Source: Isurus oxyrinchus (Eukaryota). Taken from it: a stretch of DNA of 64,000 bases. Below are positions 1-11,049 of this stretch, piece after piece. Below the pieces are notes generated by a model that was not told where the DNA came from, made no database searches, and saw nothing but the letters and a program-made list of their open reading frames with translations. Position numbers and translations under genes: made by a program. How positions within the stretch are numbered: the stretch's first letter is position 1; every line of letters starts with the position of its first letter. The stretch spans positions 143,530,001 through 143,594,000 of the forward strand of contig JANJGN010000007.1 in NCBI GenBank assembly GCA_026770705.1. Direction: 5' to 3'.

Positions 1-361
1 GGCTATCATTTATTGCCCATCCTTAATTGTCCTTGAGAAGGTGGTGCTGAGCTGCCTTCTTGAACTGCTACGGTCCATGTGGTGTAAGTGCACCCACAGT
101 GCTATTAGGGAGGGAGTTCCACGATTTTGACCCAGTGACAGTGAAGGAACGGTGATATATTTCCAAGTTAGGATGGTGTGTGGCTTAGAGGGGAACTTGC
201 AGGTCGTGGTGTTCCCGTGTGTCTGCTGCCTTTGTCCTTCTAGATGTTAGAGGTAGCGGGTTTAGAAGGTACTGTCAAAAATCCTTGGTGAGTGGCTGCA
301 ATGCATCTTGTAGATAGTACACACTGCTGCCACCATGTGTCAGTGGTGGAAGGAGTAAATG
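1..361 (-). mobile_element. 3' fragment of a CR1/L2-group LINE (shark-type tail)
   Basis: Minus strand reads as decayed ORF2 C-terminus (..VAAVCTIYKMHCS.. ..SFTVTGSKSWNSLPNSTVG.. ..FKKAAQHHLLK..). The same tail recurs at 16080-16168 and 26322-26460. Confidence 0.8.
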
Positions 362-1109
362 TCAAATCAACAATCCACAATGTAAGAGTCTACTACAGAT
401 CCTTCCAATTCTTCCCTTCTTCTCTGGGATACTAACTGGTGGATGTTTTGACTGCTTGCTTCTACTAAAGTTTTTCTGTGTGGTTTGTAGATGTTCTGAA
501 TAATTCCTCTGACATTTCATGTTCTGTGGGAAGGAAGTTTTGAACATTTTCAAAACCAAGCACTACTGGGGTAGGTATTTGAGGCACACCATCCAAGTAC
601 TGACATATGCTAGAATCTGAGCCAGGCTTCATTTTATATCTAAATCATTGGACAAAAAAATGGCATATTTACTTCTGGTTAACCTGGACAGGAAAGATTA
701 AAATCTTTAAATGGATGTTCATCTTGTAATGAATAATGTTCATAAAAATTACCTGCCCTATTGCAAAGTTATATTTTAAGGTTTCTAAAATATATATTGA
801 GGCCGGTCGTTTCTTTAATATATTTTTATTATAATGTATGTTGTTGTCCTGCAGGGTTTACATCAAGTTAAAACTAATGAGTCATGTTCTTACAAACTGA
901 CAAATTGCAGTAATTTATCATGTTCAAAATTGCCCACAATGCAATTCACATGAAAACACTGACTGAAAGCGCAAGAGTAACATCTATATCTTTGCTGTGC
1001 ATGGGAATCACACAAATTCACAGACTGAAAATATCAGTCACGAAATGCAAGCATAAACTTAGACCAATTTTTGACTCTAGCTAAAATTTAAAGAAAATTT
1101 TCCAAGATC

Positions 1110-1840
1110 CTTAACCCTAATGTTTAGCAAGGTGCAGGATTCAGGGGAGGAGGAGGAGTTACAGACAGGAAACCCAGACGTAAGGGTCTCCTTGAAAATC
1201 CTGTTGTTTTTAGCTGTGGGGCATATTTTAATCTTTTTGTCTGGGTTTCCCACCTGGTAGGCTGGCTGCCCATCCAGTGGGAAAACCTGCAGCGGATGAG
1301 CAGGTAGATGCTGTCGGGTGGACGATTGCAAAGGGGGTTGCATAGAGAGTGATTGATGAAGCTGGGCAAGATGTTACTCGCGAGGGGGCGAGATGGTGGT
1401 CGCAAGTGGGAGTGATGGTGGTCACAAGGGGGTCAGAGTCATCAGGAGGTCGTTGAGGCAGGGGCTCAAACAGATTATGGGGAAAGGGAGGAGTTTTACA
1501 GGGAGGCTTGTTGAACCTGAAGAAACATTCCTGGCCCACAAGCAGTGCTGTAAATGCATTCAGACCTTCTCATCCCCTTTTACCTGCTGCATTTCCCAAG
1601 GCTTTGAAAACCCAGCCAACCTGCTAAAAATGAAATCCTTGTAAAAATTTAAGTATACAGCCTCTTTCAAAACTATCCTCTCCCTGAGAACAGATTGATC
1701 ACCTTCCCCATGTGCCATCTCCAATAAAGAATTACCTAGCAAGTGGGCGGGTTTGAAAAAAGTTGGGTTCAGATATGAATTTTAAAAAATTTAACTCCAC
1801 AACCTACCCTAACCCATAGGTTTTTGGGGGTTATAATAGC
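1110..1840. mobile_element. Degenerate non-autonomous DNA transposon (MITE-like, probably Harbinger-derived)
   Basis: GC-richer island. Its right half (cacaagcagtgctgtaaa...ttttacctgctgcatttccc...tttaaaaaatttaact...gggggttataatagcc) resembles 15035-15455. No coding signal and ends are unclear. Confidence 0.35.
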
Positions 1841-1959
1841 CACCAAAGAGTCAGCAAATAGGCTGGAAATGATCATGACAAAAGGCAGAAACAAGAGAGA
1901 AAATGTTGTAACTGCCCATCTAAATTTTGTAGTCTCCTGAGCATGTCAGCAGCTGAAAC

Positions 1960-3145
1960 CAGGTGGCAGATTAAAATCCTCTGGGAGACTTATCTACCAA
2001 TGTTGCACACCCTTTCACAGTTTTCCATTTCAACCTATTTTTACAAACAGGTGGTAGAGACACCTGTCTGAAACCGAGGGGTTTTAAATATGTAGAACAG
2101 ACACTGGTCCAAGTTTTCGTTGGCAGGTCAGGTGCACAGGGATGGGAGAGTTCCTGAGCTGAGCGTAGGTCAGATTATCATTCCAGTGTGGGTGAGAGTG
2201 GCTAGGGTGTGTGGTGTGGGGTACAGGCTGGATTGAAAGTTGGGCCTGCCTCCACCAGAACCAGTGGGGAAGCTGTAAGTTATGGAGGCTGCCGGGTGTG
2301 GAGGCAGGCTGGATGGAAGGCCTACCTCTGTTCTCCGGCATTTGTCAAATTAAATAAAAAGAAATAAGACACAAAGACAGCCCTCCAGCCCTCATCCATC
2401 ACCAGCCTTCACCACCCCCCTACACATGCTTCCCATACCTCATCAATGCCAACCTATACCACCTTATACCTCTACCCACTCCCCATGCCCCTCATAGCCC
2501 CTATATCTCCCACATCCTCATGGACCTTTCAAGCCCCGATGACAACTTAGTGCCAACTCATTTCCTCTACTCACCACCCTTTGCACTTATCCCATCAATG
2601 CCAACTCATTAGTTATCTGTTGATAGTTCCTTGATAGCAATGGCAGCTTTGGCAGTATCTTGACAGATCAACAGTTCTTTGACAGCTTGACAGTTCCAAT
2701 GTGTTTATGCAGGTTTTATGCATGTTCTTGTTTATTTTTAACAATACCAAAGGCTGCCTTGCCTCTCAAAAAGGGCATCTTACTTCTTCTAAAGGGTGCC
2801 TTACTTCCTTATAAGTTGGCCCGGGGCCAGGTCCAATGGGGTACCTTACCTCTCCAAAGGGGTACCCCGGCTATCCAAACAAATCCACCAAGTTCAGACC
2901 GCCTCTTACCTGGTCTAATCTGCACAATCCAGGTTTTCCACCCCGGCCGACCAACATCCCACTTCAGTGGAGGCAGCTGGTGACTTAAATGGCCAGCTGC
3001 TTCCATAAACCACAGACCCCGACTTGACTCCACTCCTGCAAAACTGGAACATGCCAAATTCAGGGGTGGGACTTAGAATTTCTGGCCATTTCTGGGGTTT
3101 TCGCCACGATGGGGAGCCTCTCTATTGTGATGAAAATCTGGGCCT
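1960..3145. mobile_element. Non-autonomous DNA transposon, copy A of the family also at 28224-29294
   Basis: 2350-3145 aligns by eye with 28450-29294 (aagggtgccttac, ggggtaccttacctctcca, cctggtctaat, cagtggaggcagct, gggacttaga, tgaaaatc..ggcc end). Left boundary uncertain. Confidence 0.6.
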
Positions 3146-3514
3146 CTGATGACCTCATTTGGCCCTGACTGTTTTTTTCAACCAATTGATTGAGTGGGAA
3201 GTTATTGCAGAATAATGCAGTCACTTCCAATGAGCTCTGATAAAGAATAAGTCCTTCTTGGAATCAAAAATTATTTTAAAATAACACTGCTATAATTAGC
3301 CAGTATTTTAAATGAGTTATCTTTTCTATGTCACACATTCATATAGTTTACTTCGGACATAACCCAATCCTTCCTTAGATGTACACTGAATTAATTGTAA
3401 CACTCCTTTTCATATCCACAAACAGTGGTGCTTCAAATAAACAACATGATTCTCTCTTCCAGATGTTGCAGCATCAGTTTTGTGGTTCAACAGTCATCTG
3501 AAGCAAAATAACCA

Positions 3515-4505
3515 TAATCATAGAAGGATGCAGCATAGAAGCAGACCATTCAGCCCATCATGCCTGTGACAGCTTATCAAATAGCTATCCAGCTAGACGT
3601 CCTCCCCTTCTCTTTTCTCACAGCTCTGCAACTGTACTCAAGTATCTATTCAATTCTGTTTTGACAGTTAACATTGAATTAGCTTCCACCAACCTTTCAG
3701 AGATTCCAGACCATAACAACCCATTGTGTAAAAAGATTCTTCTCATCTCCCCTCTGGTTCTTTTTGATAATTACCTTCAATCTGTGTCCTTTGGCTAATG
3801 ACTCTAATCCCACTGAAGACAGATTCTCCATATTTACACTATCATGATTTTGAACACCACTATTAAATTGCCCCTTAACCTTTCTTCATCTAAGAAGAAT
3901 AATCATTTTTTATCTAATCTCTTCAGGTAATGCAAGTCTCTTAGCTCTGATGCCAGTCTATGAATCTCCCCTACACGGTCTCCAAGACTTTCCTGTCCTT
4001 CTTAAAGTGTGGTGTCCAGAACATAATACTCCAGCTTAGGCCTAACCGGGGATTTTTAATTCCTTCCTTTTGTCTGCTATGTCTTTATTTATAAAGCCCA
4101 GGATTTTGTATGCTCTGAAATAGTTTTTCGACTTGTCTTGCCACTTCCACAGTCCCATATATGTGAACCCAAAGTTTCTCTGCTCCCATTAAAATTATAC
4201 CATTCAGCTTATATTGCTTCTCCTCATTCTTCCTTCCAAACTTGACTGCATTCAAATTCATCTGCCTTGTGTCCATCCATGTTACCAGTCTGTGTTTGGC
4301 CCTCCTAAAGTCTGCATCAATCCTCTTCACTGCGTATTACATTCCTGAGATATATGCCATTTACAAACTTTGAAATTATGCCCTTTATATTCAAGGCCAG
4401 GTCATTAATATATAGTAAATAAAGCAGTGTTCCTAATAACAACCCCTTGGAGATCAGTGCCTAATTCCTGCATTCTGAAAGCCAACCATTCACCACTGCT
4501 CTCTG
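3515..4505 (-). mobile_element. 5'-truncated CR1 LINE (RT C-terminal half plus 3' UTR)
   Basis: Minus strand shows decayed PQGxxLG.LL.LLYINDL...ISKF(ADD) near 4450-4360. ORF 4085-4330 (RLVTWMDTRQMNLNA..KFGRKNEEKQYKLNG) matches the CR1 ORF2 C-terminus. The tail ends in a ttctatgatt-type repeat at ~3515-3525. Confidence 0.9.
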
Positions 4506-5467
4506 CTAGGTCAAAAAGGAGAATTACTGAGGGCTGAACCTCAGCCATCCTTACGGTTTATTCTCATTCCATGCAGTTTGAGTTAATGTACACATAAGAG
4601 AATGTCAACTTCATATCAGAGAACGGAGTCAGATGTTTTCTTTGATTAGCAGTTTCTGGAGGTTCAGAAAGCTGAGAGTGACAAGTTTTTTCACTTGGAA
4701 AGCAAGCGTTGCATTGTCTCAGAAGGTGGCTGCACTGGTGAGCAGGTAAGACCGATTTAATCTATCTGAAATTCTCATGTTAGTTTGTCCATTGTGGCAT
4801 GCTAAGGTTCACCAAATTATACTCTGGGGGCTCCTGCTCCAGAGCAATTATCTTCAAAGGCTCTCTTCCAACATATCTGCCCTGCTGCCCTTGGTCAAGA
4901 GTGTATGTTCTGCTACATCCTATTAACTTGCCAAAGATATTCTACAAGCTAAGGCACAGAAGCAAGCTTGCAAGATACTCAGATAATCATGCACAAAGTA
5001 AATCATAAAACAAGAAGTTTACAAGATATTTAAAATAGCTGACTGCTTAATGGAAATTAACATAATGAGAAGTATCCAATTTAAAGAATAGATGGCTCCC
5101 ATTGTGGTCTCATTTAACACCTTTGATATTAAATAATCAGTAGCTTCTTTGATAACTTAGCTGCTTAGAGACAAACCATGCAAACCATGAATGTCAAGAG
5201 TTTAATCCCTGGTCTCTGATGTGAGATGGAGAGATCCTTATGGACCTTGTCCACTAACCATTTTTTATTGTAGCATAGTTGGTCTGTTCTTTTTTAAACC
5301 AATCCTCATTAAGAAACAAATGCCTCTGAATTTGCCCAGTTCTGTCAAATCAGACATCTGACTGCCTTTCCAACTATTAACAACCCGTTCACAGATCACT
5401 AAACACTTACCTTGTTGGCCTTGTATTTCTGTACATCCAGAGTGCCATTCAATCCAAAAGTACCAAT

Positions 5468-5793
5468 GGCTGGAAATTTCTGTCCCTGTTGGCATCGGGC
5501 TTCATAGAGGGCATGAGCGGACAGTAGGTGGGAAGGCCAAAAATTGGCTTAATGCTATCGTGAAACCAGTTTGCGATCATCCGCTCTGCCCATCAATGAC
5601 GGGCTGCCATTCCCACCGCCGCACATTGGGAACATCAGTTTAATGTATCTGCGTATCATATAAGCCCTGCTGGCCGAAATCAAACCCCAACGTCAAAGTT
5701 ATGACGGGAAAACATGCCATTGCGGCCGGCGGGTAAAGCATCCTTTTTCCCGCCCGCTTCTGCACTTAGTGCAAATCTGGAACAATTCTACCC
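5468..5793. mobile_element. Harbinger-type MITE, internal-deletion derivative of the 18104-21753 family
   Basis: Left ~220 bp matches 18104-18330 and right ~80 bp matches 21670-21753 (cacttagtgcaa.tctgg..aattc..ccc). Imperfect TIRs, flanked by AAT / TAT. Confidence 0.75.
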
Positions 5794-6011
5794 TATATGT
5801 CTATTTGTTACATACCATTCCACCTCACCTCTAATCTTTGCATGGAGATTGGCCAATAGAACCACCAATGATGCTGGCTTCTGCTCCGCTGGGTGAGGAT
5901 TCCTGGGACCTCATTCTTGCTGCCCTGAAACAAATTGGTCATCTGAACATGGTAGTTGTGGAATTGACTGGAATATCTAAATTCACTTTCATTGTCTCAA
6001 GTCTCACTGTC

Positions 6012-6091
6012 CAACTGCCACATGGTCTAGATAAGGTGATTGGCATTTATATGTACAAGGGGAAGATAGATAAGTACATGAGGGAGAAAGG
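6012..6091 (+). mobile_element. CR1 LINE 3' end, left part (interrupted by the LTR element)
   Basis: aaggggaagatagataagtacatgagggagaaagg continues after the LTR element as gaaggatatgctaatagg at 9030, which I recognise as a shark CR1 tail. Confidence 0.65.
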
Positions 6092-6303
6092 TATAGTAAG
6101 TGAAGGTATAGCCTCTCCCGCTGTCTATCAAGAGTCATGCAATATTCTGGGAGACTTCGACCAGTGAGCCCTAAGCGCAGGCAATCCAGGGTTTGAGACT
6201 TCCTAACAAGAGTCCTGATTGAGCATGTAGTGCTTGAAAGGCTCTCTGTAATAAAGTTTATCTGTTTATTGTTGAAACCTGTCTGCTCCGTTGAGTCATT
6301 ACA
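6092..6303 (+). repeat. 5' LTR (212 bp)
   Basis: TATAGTAAG...GTCATTACA, a direct repeat of 8837-9029. Contains AATAAA at 6250-6255. Confidence 0.9.
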
Positions 6304-6305
6304 TT

Positions 6306-6318
6306 TAGCGACAAGGGT
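6306..6318 (+). promoter_or_regulatory. Primer-binding site, probably tRNA-Ser(GCT)
   Basis: TAGCGACAAGGGT lies 2 nt after the 5' LTR. It is an 11/13 match to TGGCGACGAGGGT, the complement of the tRNA-Ser(GCT) 3' end as I recall it. Confidence 0.7.
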
Positions 6319-6399
6319 AAAATATCTCCGACGCCACACCTCGCCTTGTTACTGTGGGTACATTGAATCTTAAGGAAAAGGAAGGACTACTCACCAATC

Positions 6400-6960
6400 A
6401 TGCCACTTTTCAGCAGAATTGATCCTTATGATGCGACTATGGAAGACTGGAGCCAGTATGTAGAATGCCTCAGATTTTATTTAGTAGCGAATAAAATTAC
6501 CACGGAAGAAAAGCAGAAAGCCATCCTTTTGAGTGTATGTGGCAGTAAGACATTCAACCTCATTCGCAACCTTCTGGTCCCGAGCGCACCCAATTCTAAG
6601 TCCTATAATGAATTCATGGACCACATGAAAATGCACTTCCAGCCGAAGCATCCATAACCATGCAGCGTTTTAAATTTAGTTCCATAATTAGGGCCCTGAG
6701 AGAGTCCATCACAACCTATGTAGCGAATCTTAAGCAGTTGACAGAACACTGCGACTTTGGGAACACATGAAACGATATGCTGTGGGTGGGTCGATTAGTT
6801 TGCAGAGTTCAGGATGATGCCATACAGCGCCGCTTACTCAACAAGCTTGACATTGACTTTAAGCGCACCCTAGAAATCTCCCTTGCCATGGTAAGTGCTG
6901 CGAGAGACTCGCAGGCTTTTCAACACATACAACATAGCATCGTTCTTCATCTGGAGGGAG
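6400..6960 (+). pseudogene. Retrotransposon gag, with stops and frameshifts
   Basis: MPLFSRIDPYDATMEDWSQYVECLRFYLVANKITTEEKQKAILLSVCG... then RLVC.VQDDAIQRRLL, typical of Mag-clade gag. Confidence 0.88.
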
Positions 6961-7034
6961 AATCTACCGCCAAGCGTTGTGGGGAAAACCAGACCTACAG
7001 CGTCAAAGCAAGTTGCAATTTCTGCCATTAGAAA

Positions 7035-8500
7035 CATGAAAAGGCCCACTGGCTATGTTTCAAGAACCCTCTCCATGGCTGAGAAGGGTTATTTCCAGCT
7101 AGAAAAGCAAGGTTTATTGGCGATAATCGGAGTGAAGAAATTCCACTAGTACCTGCATGGTCACCATTTCACGATTGTATCGGACCATAAACTATTAAAG
7201 AGTTTATTCAGTGAGGATGAAGCCATTCCACCAATAACCTCAGCAAGAATTTAACGTTGGGCTTGGATATTATCTGCATATATATGTTTATGCATTGTCC
7301 TGGCTTGCATATTGCAAATGCGGATGCATTCAGTCATCCTCCTGTTACCAGATAGCATTGCACATGCTCCAGTGCCACAAGAAGCTGTGCTATTACTGAG
7401 TTTCTTGGATTCTTCTCCTGAGGGTGTGAAGCGAACCAGAAATTGGACAAACAGGGATCCAATATTGTTGAAAGTCAGAGGCTTTATTTTGCAAGAATGG
7501 TCAAATTTGCTTGTATCTGAAAAGTTGAAACCATTCCATGCCAGAAACATAGAGTTAAGCTGTCAAAGTGGAATTTTGTTGTGGGGATCAAGGGTTGTTG
7601 TTCCATTACAAGGTAAAGAACCACTCTTGACAGAGCTTCACAATGCACATCCAGGCATATCAAAGACGAAAATGCTTGTGGAAAGCTATGTCTGGTGGCC
7701 AGGCATTGACAGTGACATTGAAAGCATGATCTGCACTGTCTCCATTGTCAACAACAACAGAAGTTGCCTGTTTCAGCTCCACTGCATCCGTGGGAGTAGC
7801 CTGGTCAACCCTAGGTTAGACCACATATCGATTATGGAGGACCATTTTTAGGTACCATGTTTTTGTCAATCATAGGTGCACATTCTGAAAGGATGGATGT
7901 ATACGAAGTCAAATCGCCAACATCGAGCTCAACTATCGAGAATCTGCGTCACTGTTTTAGCATACATGGCCTACCGGAAATCGTCATTTCTGATAACAAT
8001 ACAGTCTTTAGCAGTACAAAGTTTCAGATATTCACAAATCAGAATGAAATCAGTCATATTAAAATCGCCCCTTACCATCCCTCATTGAATGGTTTAGCCG
8101 AGAGAGCTGCACAAACTTTCAAGTCTGGTATGAAAAGGTTATCAGAAGGTACACTAGAGTCTCAACTTTCCCGCTTTCTTCTTAACACCACATTCGACTA
8201 TGAGTTCAACACCATCTGAATTATTGATGAAACGTTGCTCAAGCACACAGTCAAGTTTGGTATTTCCAAATTTAGAGGGGAAGGTAGAGACGAATCAGAG
8301 TAGTCAAAAATTGAACCACAATATACACAGCAAAGCTTGCACATTCAGTATCAGTGACATAGTACTCATGCAAAATTTCAGAAGTGGACCTTGTTGGGTA
8401 CCTGGAACCATTGTCTCAGAGACTGGTCCTTTATCTTTCCAAGTACAAGTGGAAGATAGAATTGTTCATAAGCATGTCGATCATATTCGTGCTAGAGAGA
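7035..8500 (+). pseudogene. Retrotransposon pol remnant: RNase H C-terminus plus integrase
   Basis: GYVSRTLSMAEKGY.QLEK.GL..GVKKFH (RNase H). LTELHNAHPGISK.KML.ESYVWWPGIDSDIE (integrase Zn-binding region). HGLPEIVISDN...APYHPSLNGLAERAAQTFK (rve core). Confidence 0.92.
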
Positions 8501-8822
8501 TAATCCAACAACCAACTATTCCACCTGTGATTAACATTGAACCGTCAATTCCTGAGGTGATAGGTCAATCTAGAAAAGGATATGCCCGATGTCTCTGTAG
8601 AGTTGCCAAACCCAAAACTGCTACTTTCTAATGATATGTCATATGCTGCTGTTCTAGATCCTGTTGATCCTGTTGAGGAACCTCAAGAGGTAGAGCTATG
8701 CTGCTCTAGCTGTATAAGGAGAGCACTTCAGAGACTTGATCTTTAATCACCTGAAGTTTTATATATGTATATGTTGTTGGATATTCAAATATTGCCCTGT
8801 AAATAGGAATTGTAAAAAAACT

Positions 8823-8836
8823 AAAGGGGGAAGAAA
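8823..8836 (+). promoter_or_regulatory. Polypurine tract
   Basis: AAAGGGGGAAGAAA directly precedes the TG of the 3' LTR. Confidence 0.85.
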
Positions 8837-9029
8837 TGTAGTAACTGAAGGTATACCTTGCTGTCTATCAGGGTCACTTGATGTCCTGGGAGGCTATGAC
8901 CAATGAGCCCTAAGCACAGGCAATCTGGGGAGTGAGGTTTCCTGACGAGAGTCCTGATCAAGTATGTAGTACCTGAAAAGCTCTGTAATAAAGTTTATCT
9001 GTTCCTGTCGGCTCTGTCAAGTCATTACA
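8837..9029 (+). repeat. 3' LTR (193 bp)
   Basis: TGTAGTAAC...GTCATTACA with canonical TG..CA ends. Roughly 80% identical to the 5' LTR by eye. Confidence 0.92.
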
Positions 9030-9128
9030 GAAGGATATGCTAATAGGGTTAAACAAAGCAGGCTGGGATGGAAGCTTACATGGACCATAAACACAGGCCT
9101 GTTTTGGTGTTGTAAATACTATGCAATT
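9030..9128 (+). mobile_element. CR1 LINE 3' end, right part
   Basis: gaaggatatgctaatagg...cataaacacaggcctgttt..gtgttgtaaatactatg continues the tail interrupted at 6091. Confidence 0.65.
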
Positions 9129-9834
9129 CAATGAAAAATTGACATTTTTGCTGCGGTTTTCAGATTTGGCTTTTTAGATTAAGAGCTCCAAAGATCACCT
9201 CTGCACACCATAGTTCCACAGATGTGCTTTTGCTGGCTTTATAAAAAACAAAACTGCAAAATTCAGCTCCATAGTGCCTGGCCTTTCCCTGCTACAGGTG
9301 TAACTTTTTGCCTCTGAAGTAACAATCGTGGCATGATTGCACACTTCTGCTGCTAGCCACGTCAGGCACCATTTTGATAAGGGAATTAGTGTATGTTCAG
9401 TGAGCATTCACCGGGTGTATGCTAATTTAACACCAACCCTGCCAGTTTGGAGTCAACACCCCACCTAGCTCCCTCTCTCAGCTTTACACAGCTGAACATG
9501 CATTCAATGGCAGGAAGGACCGCCACACTGGGGCTATTTAAAGAGATCATCAACTTCAATTAGTTGCTGATTCATTTCAGCTGGCCTTTACTGTAGGTGA
9601 AGAAGTGTTTGGTGGTTTCCAGAGCTGTGAAAGTTGCTGAAGTCTACAGGGAGTGGTGTGGCAGGTGCTGAAGAACTTTGTCCTGACTTTAAGGATTCTG
9701 TACAAACCACTTGCTCAAACGTTGGGGCCGTAGCATGCATTTCCCTTGGTCTACAGTATGACAGGGAGAATGATCAGAGGTAACAAAGAACAGGATGAGC
9801 AACTGGAAGAGGGAGGAGGAGAAGGTGGAGAAAG

Positions 9835-10650
9835 GCTCTCAGTAGGAGGCCATATCCATCCAGGGTGTTCATGGGGCAATTCACTGACCTAAACCTCAGT
9901 GGCTATAAGTGTTTCAGACATCTCCACCTTTGCTAAGGAGCTCCTGACTGAAATCTGAGGGCAGCATTGCTTGTGACTGTGAAGGTCAATGGGCAGTGGA
10001 CATGAACATTATGCATCTTGCTCCTTCCAGGCTGGATCAGGCAATATTTGCAACATCTCCCAGTTTGCTTTGTAAGGGACATCATTGAGGCTTTGTATTC
10101 CAGGAGAACTGAATATATATCATTCTTTCCTACCAGAGAGAATCAGATGGAGTGAGCACATGGCTTTGCAAGAATTGCAGATTTCCTCACAGTGCAGGGG
10201 GCCAATGGCAGCACATACATCGTTTTTGTGGAGGCTGCATGTCAACTCTGAGATGCAACGTAACCAAAAGGCATTCCAATCCCTCAATGACCAGCTGATC
10301 TGCAACCATACAGAGCATAATCATATGGGTCAATAGCTGGCATCCTGGCAGCAGTCATGATGCCTTCATTCTGTGGCAGGGCACTGTGCCATCTGTATGT
10401 GAACCACAACAAACCAGAAAGTGACTTCTGGGTGTCAAGGGCTATCACTGGCCACATGGCTCATCGGTCCACGCAAGGGGTACAACTGCAAATAATGAAA
10501 ATCATACTGCCACAAGAAGCGTGATAGCGTTAACCATTAAGGTGCTTAAATAACACGTCTGCTGCCTGGATAACTCTGGAGGAGTCCTGCAGTGTTTGGC
10601 AGAGCATGTATCAATATTTATCGAGGTCTGCAACATGCTGCACCATCTCA
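9835..10650 (+). pseudogene. Harbinger (HARBI1-like, DDE_Tnp_4) transposase remnant
   Basis: Frameshifted motifs RRPYPSRVF, SFQAGSGNICNISQFA, AHGFARIADF..VQGA, NQKAFQSLNDQLICNH, HPGSSHDAFILWQ, LG.KGY, NENHTATRSVI..TIKVLK...CLDNSGGVLQ, VCNMLH. Confidence 0.88.
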
Positions 10651-11049
10651 GTCTCTTAAGAGAGCAGCCTCTGCCCCATTAAATTGTGGCCAGCTACAAA
10701 GGAAGAGGAGGAAAGAGAGAAGGCAGAGGAACAGGAGGAGAGAAAGGGAAGAGGAAGCAACCAATACAGCTCCTTGCAGGTTGATCTGTCCATGATCAAC
10801 ACATTCAAGTGTTGTGTACTCAACCCCAAATCCCCATTCACCAACAATCCCTCACCTTACCTCCCTTCTGATACTGACGATTGCAGCATCCTCTTTAGAC
10901 ACGATGCTGAAATAAAAACAACCACAAAACATCCATACCAAACAAGATTTATACATCAAAGCATGACATGTTGCATGCAAACATAAATGAATCACCGTCA
11001 TGCAATCCCTTAGTGCCTTCCTGTGCCTTTGCCTGTCTAGTGTTCCTAC

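Larger units (their letters stand above)
6092..9029 (+). mobile_element. Gypsy/Ty3 (Mag-like, K02A2.6-type) LTR retrotransposon, internally deleted and decayed
   Basis: Two LTRs, PBS, gag, RNase H and integrase remnants, PPT, and an imperfect 5-bp TSD AAAGG (6087-6091) / GAAGG (9030-9034). Confidence 0.93.

Noticed and set aside
9835-10650. Domesticated HARBI1 gene
   Set aside because: Multiple frameshifts and stops, and it sits within a TE-like unit together with a decayed Myb gene.
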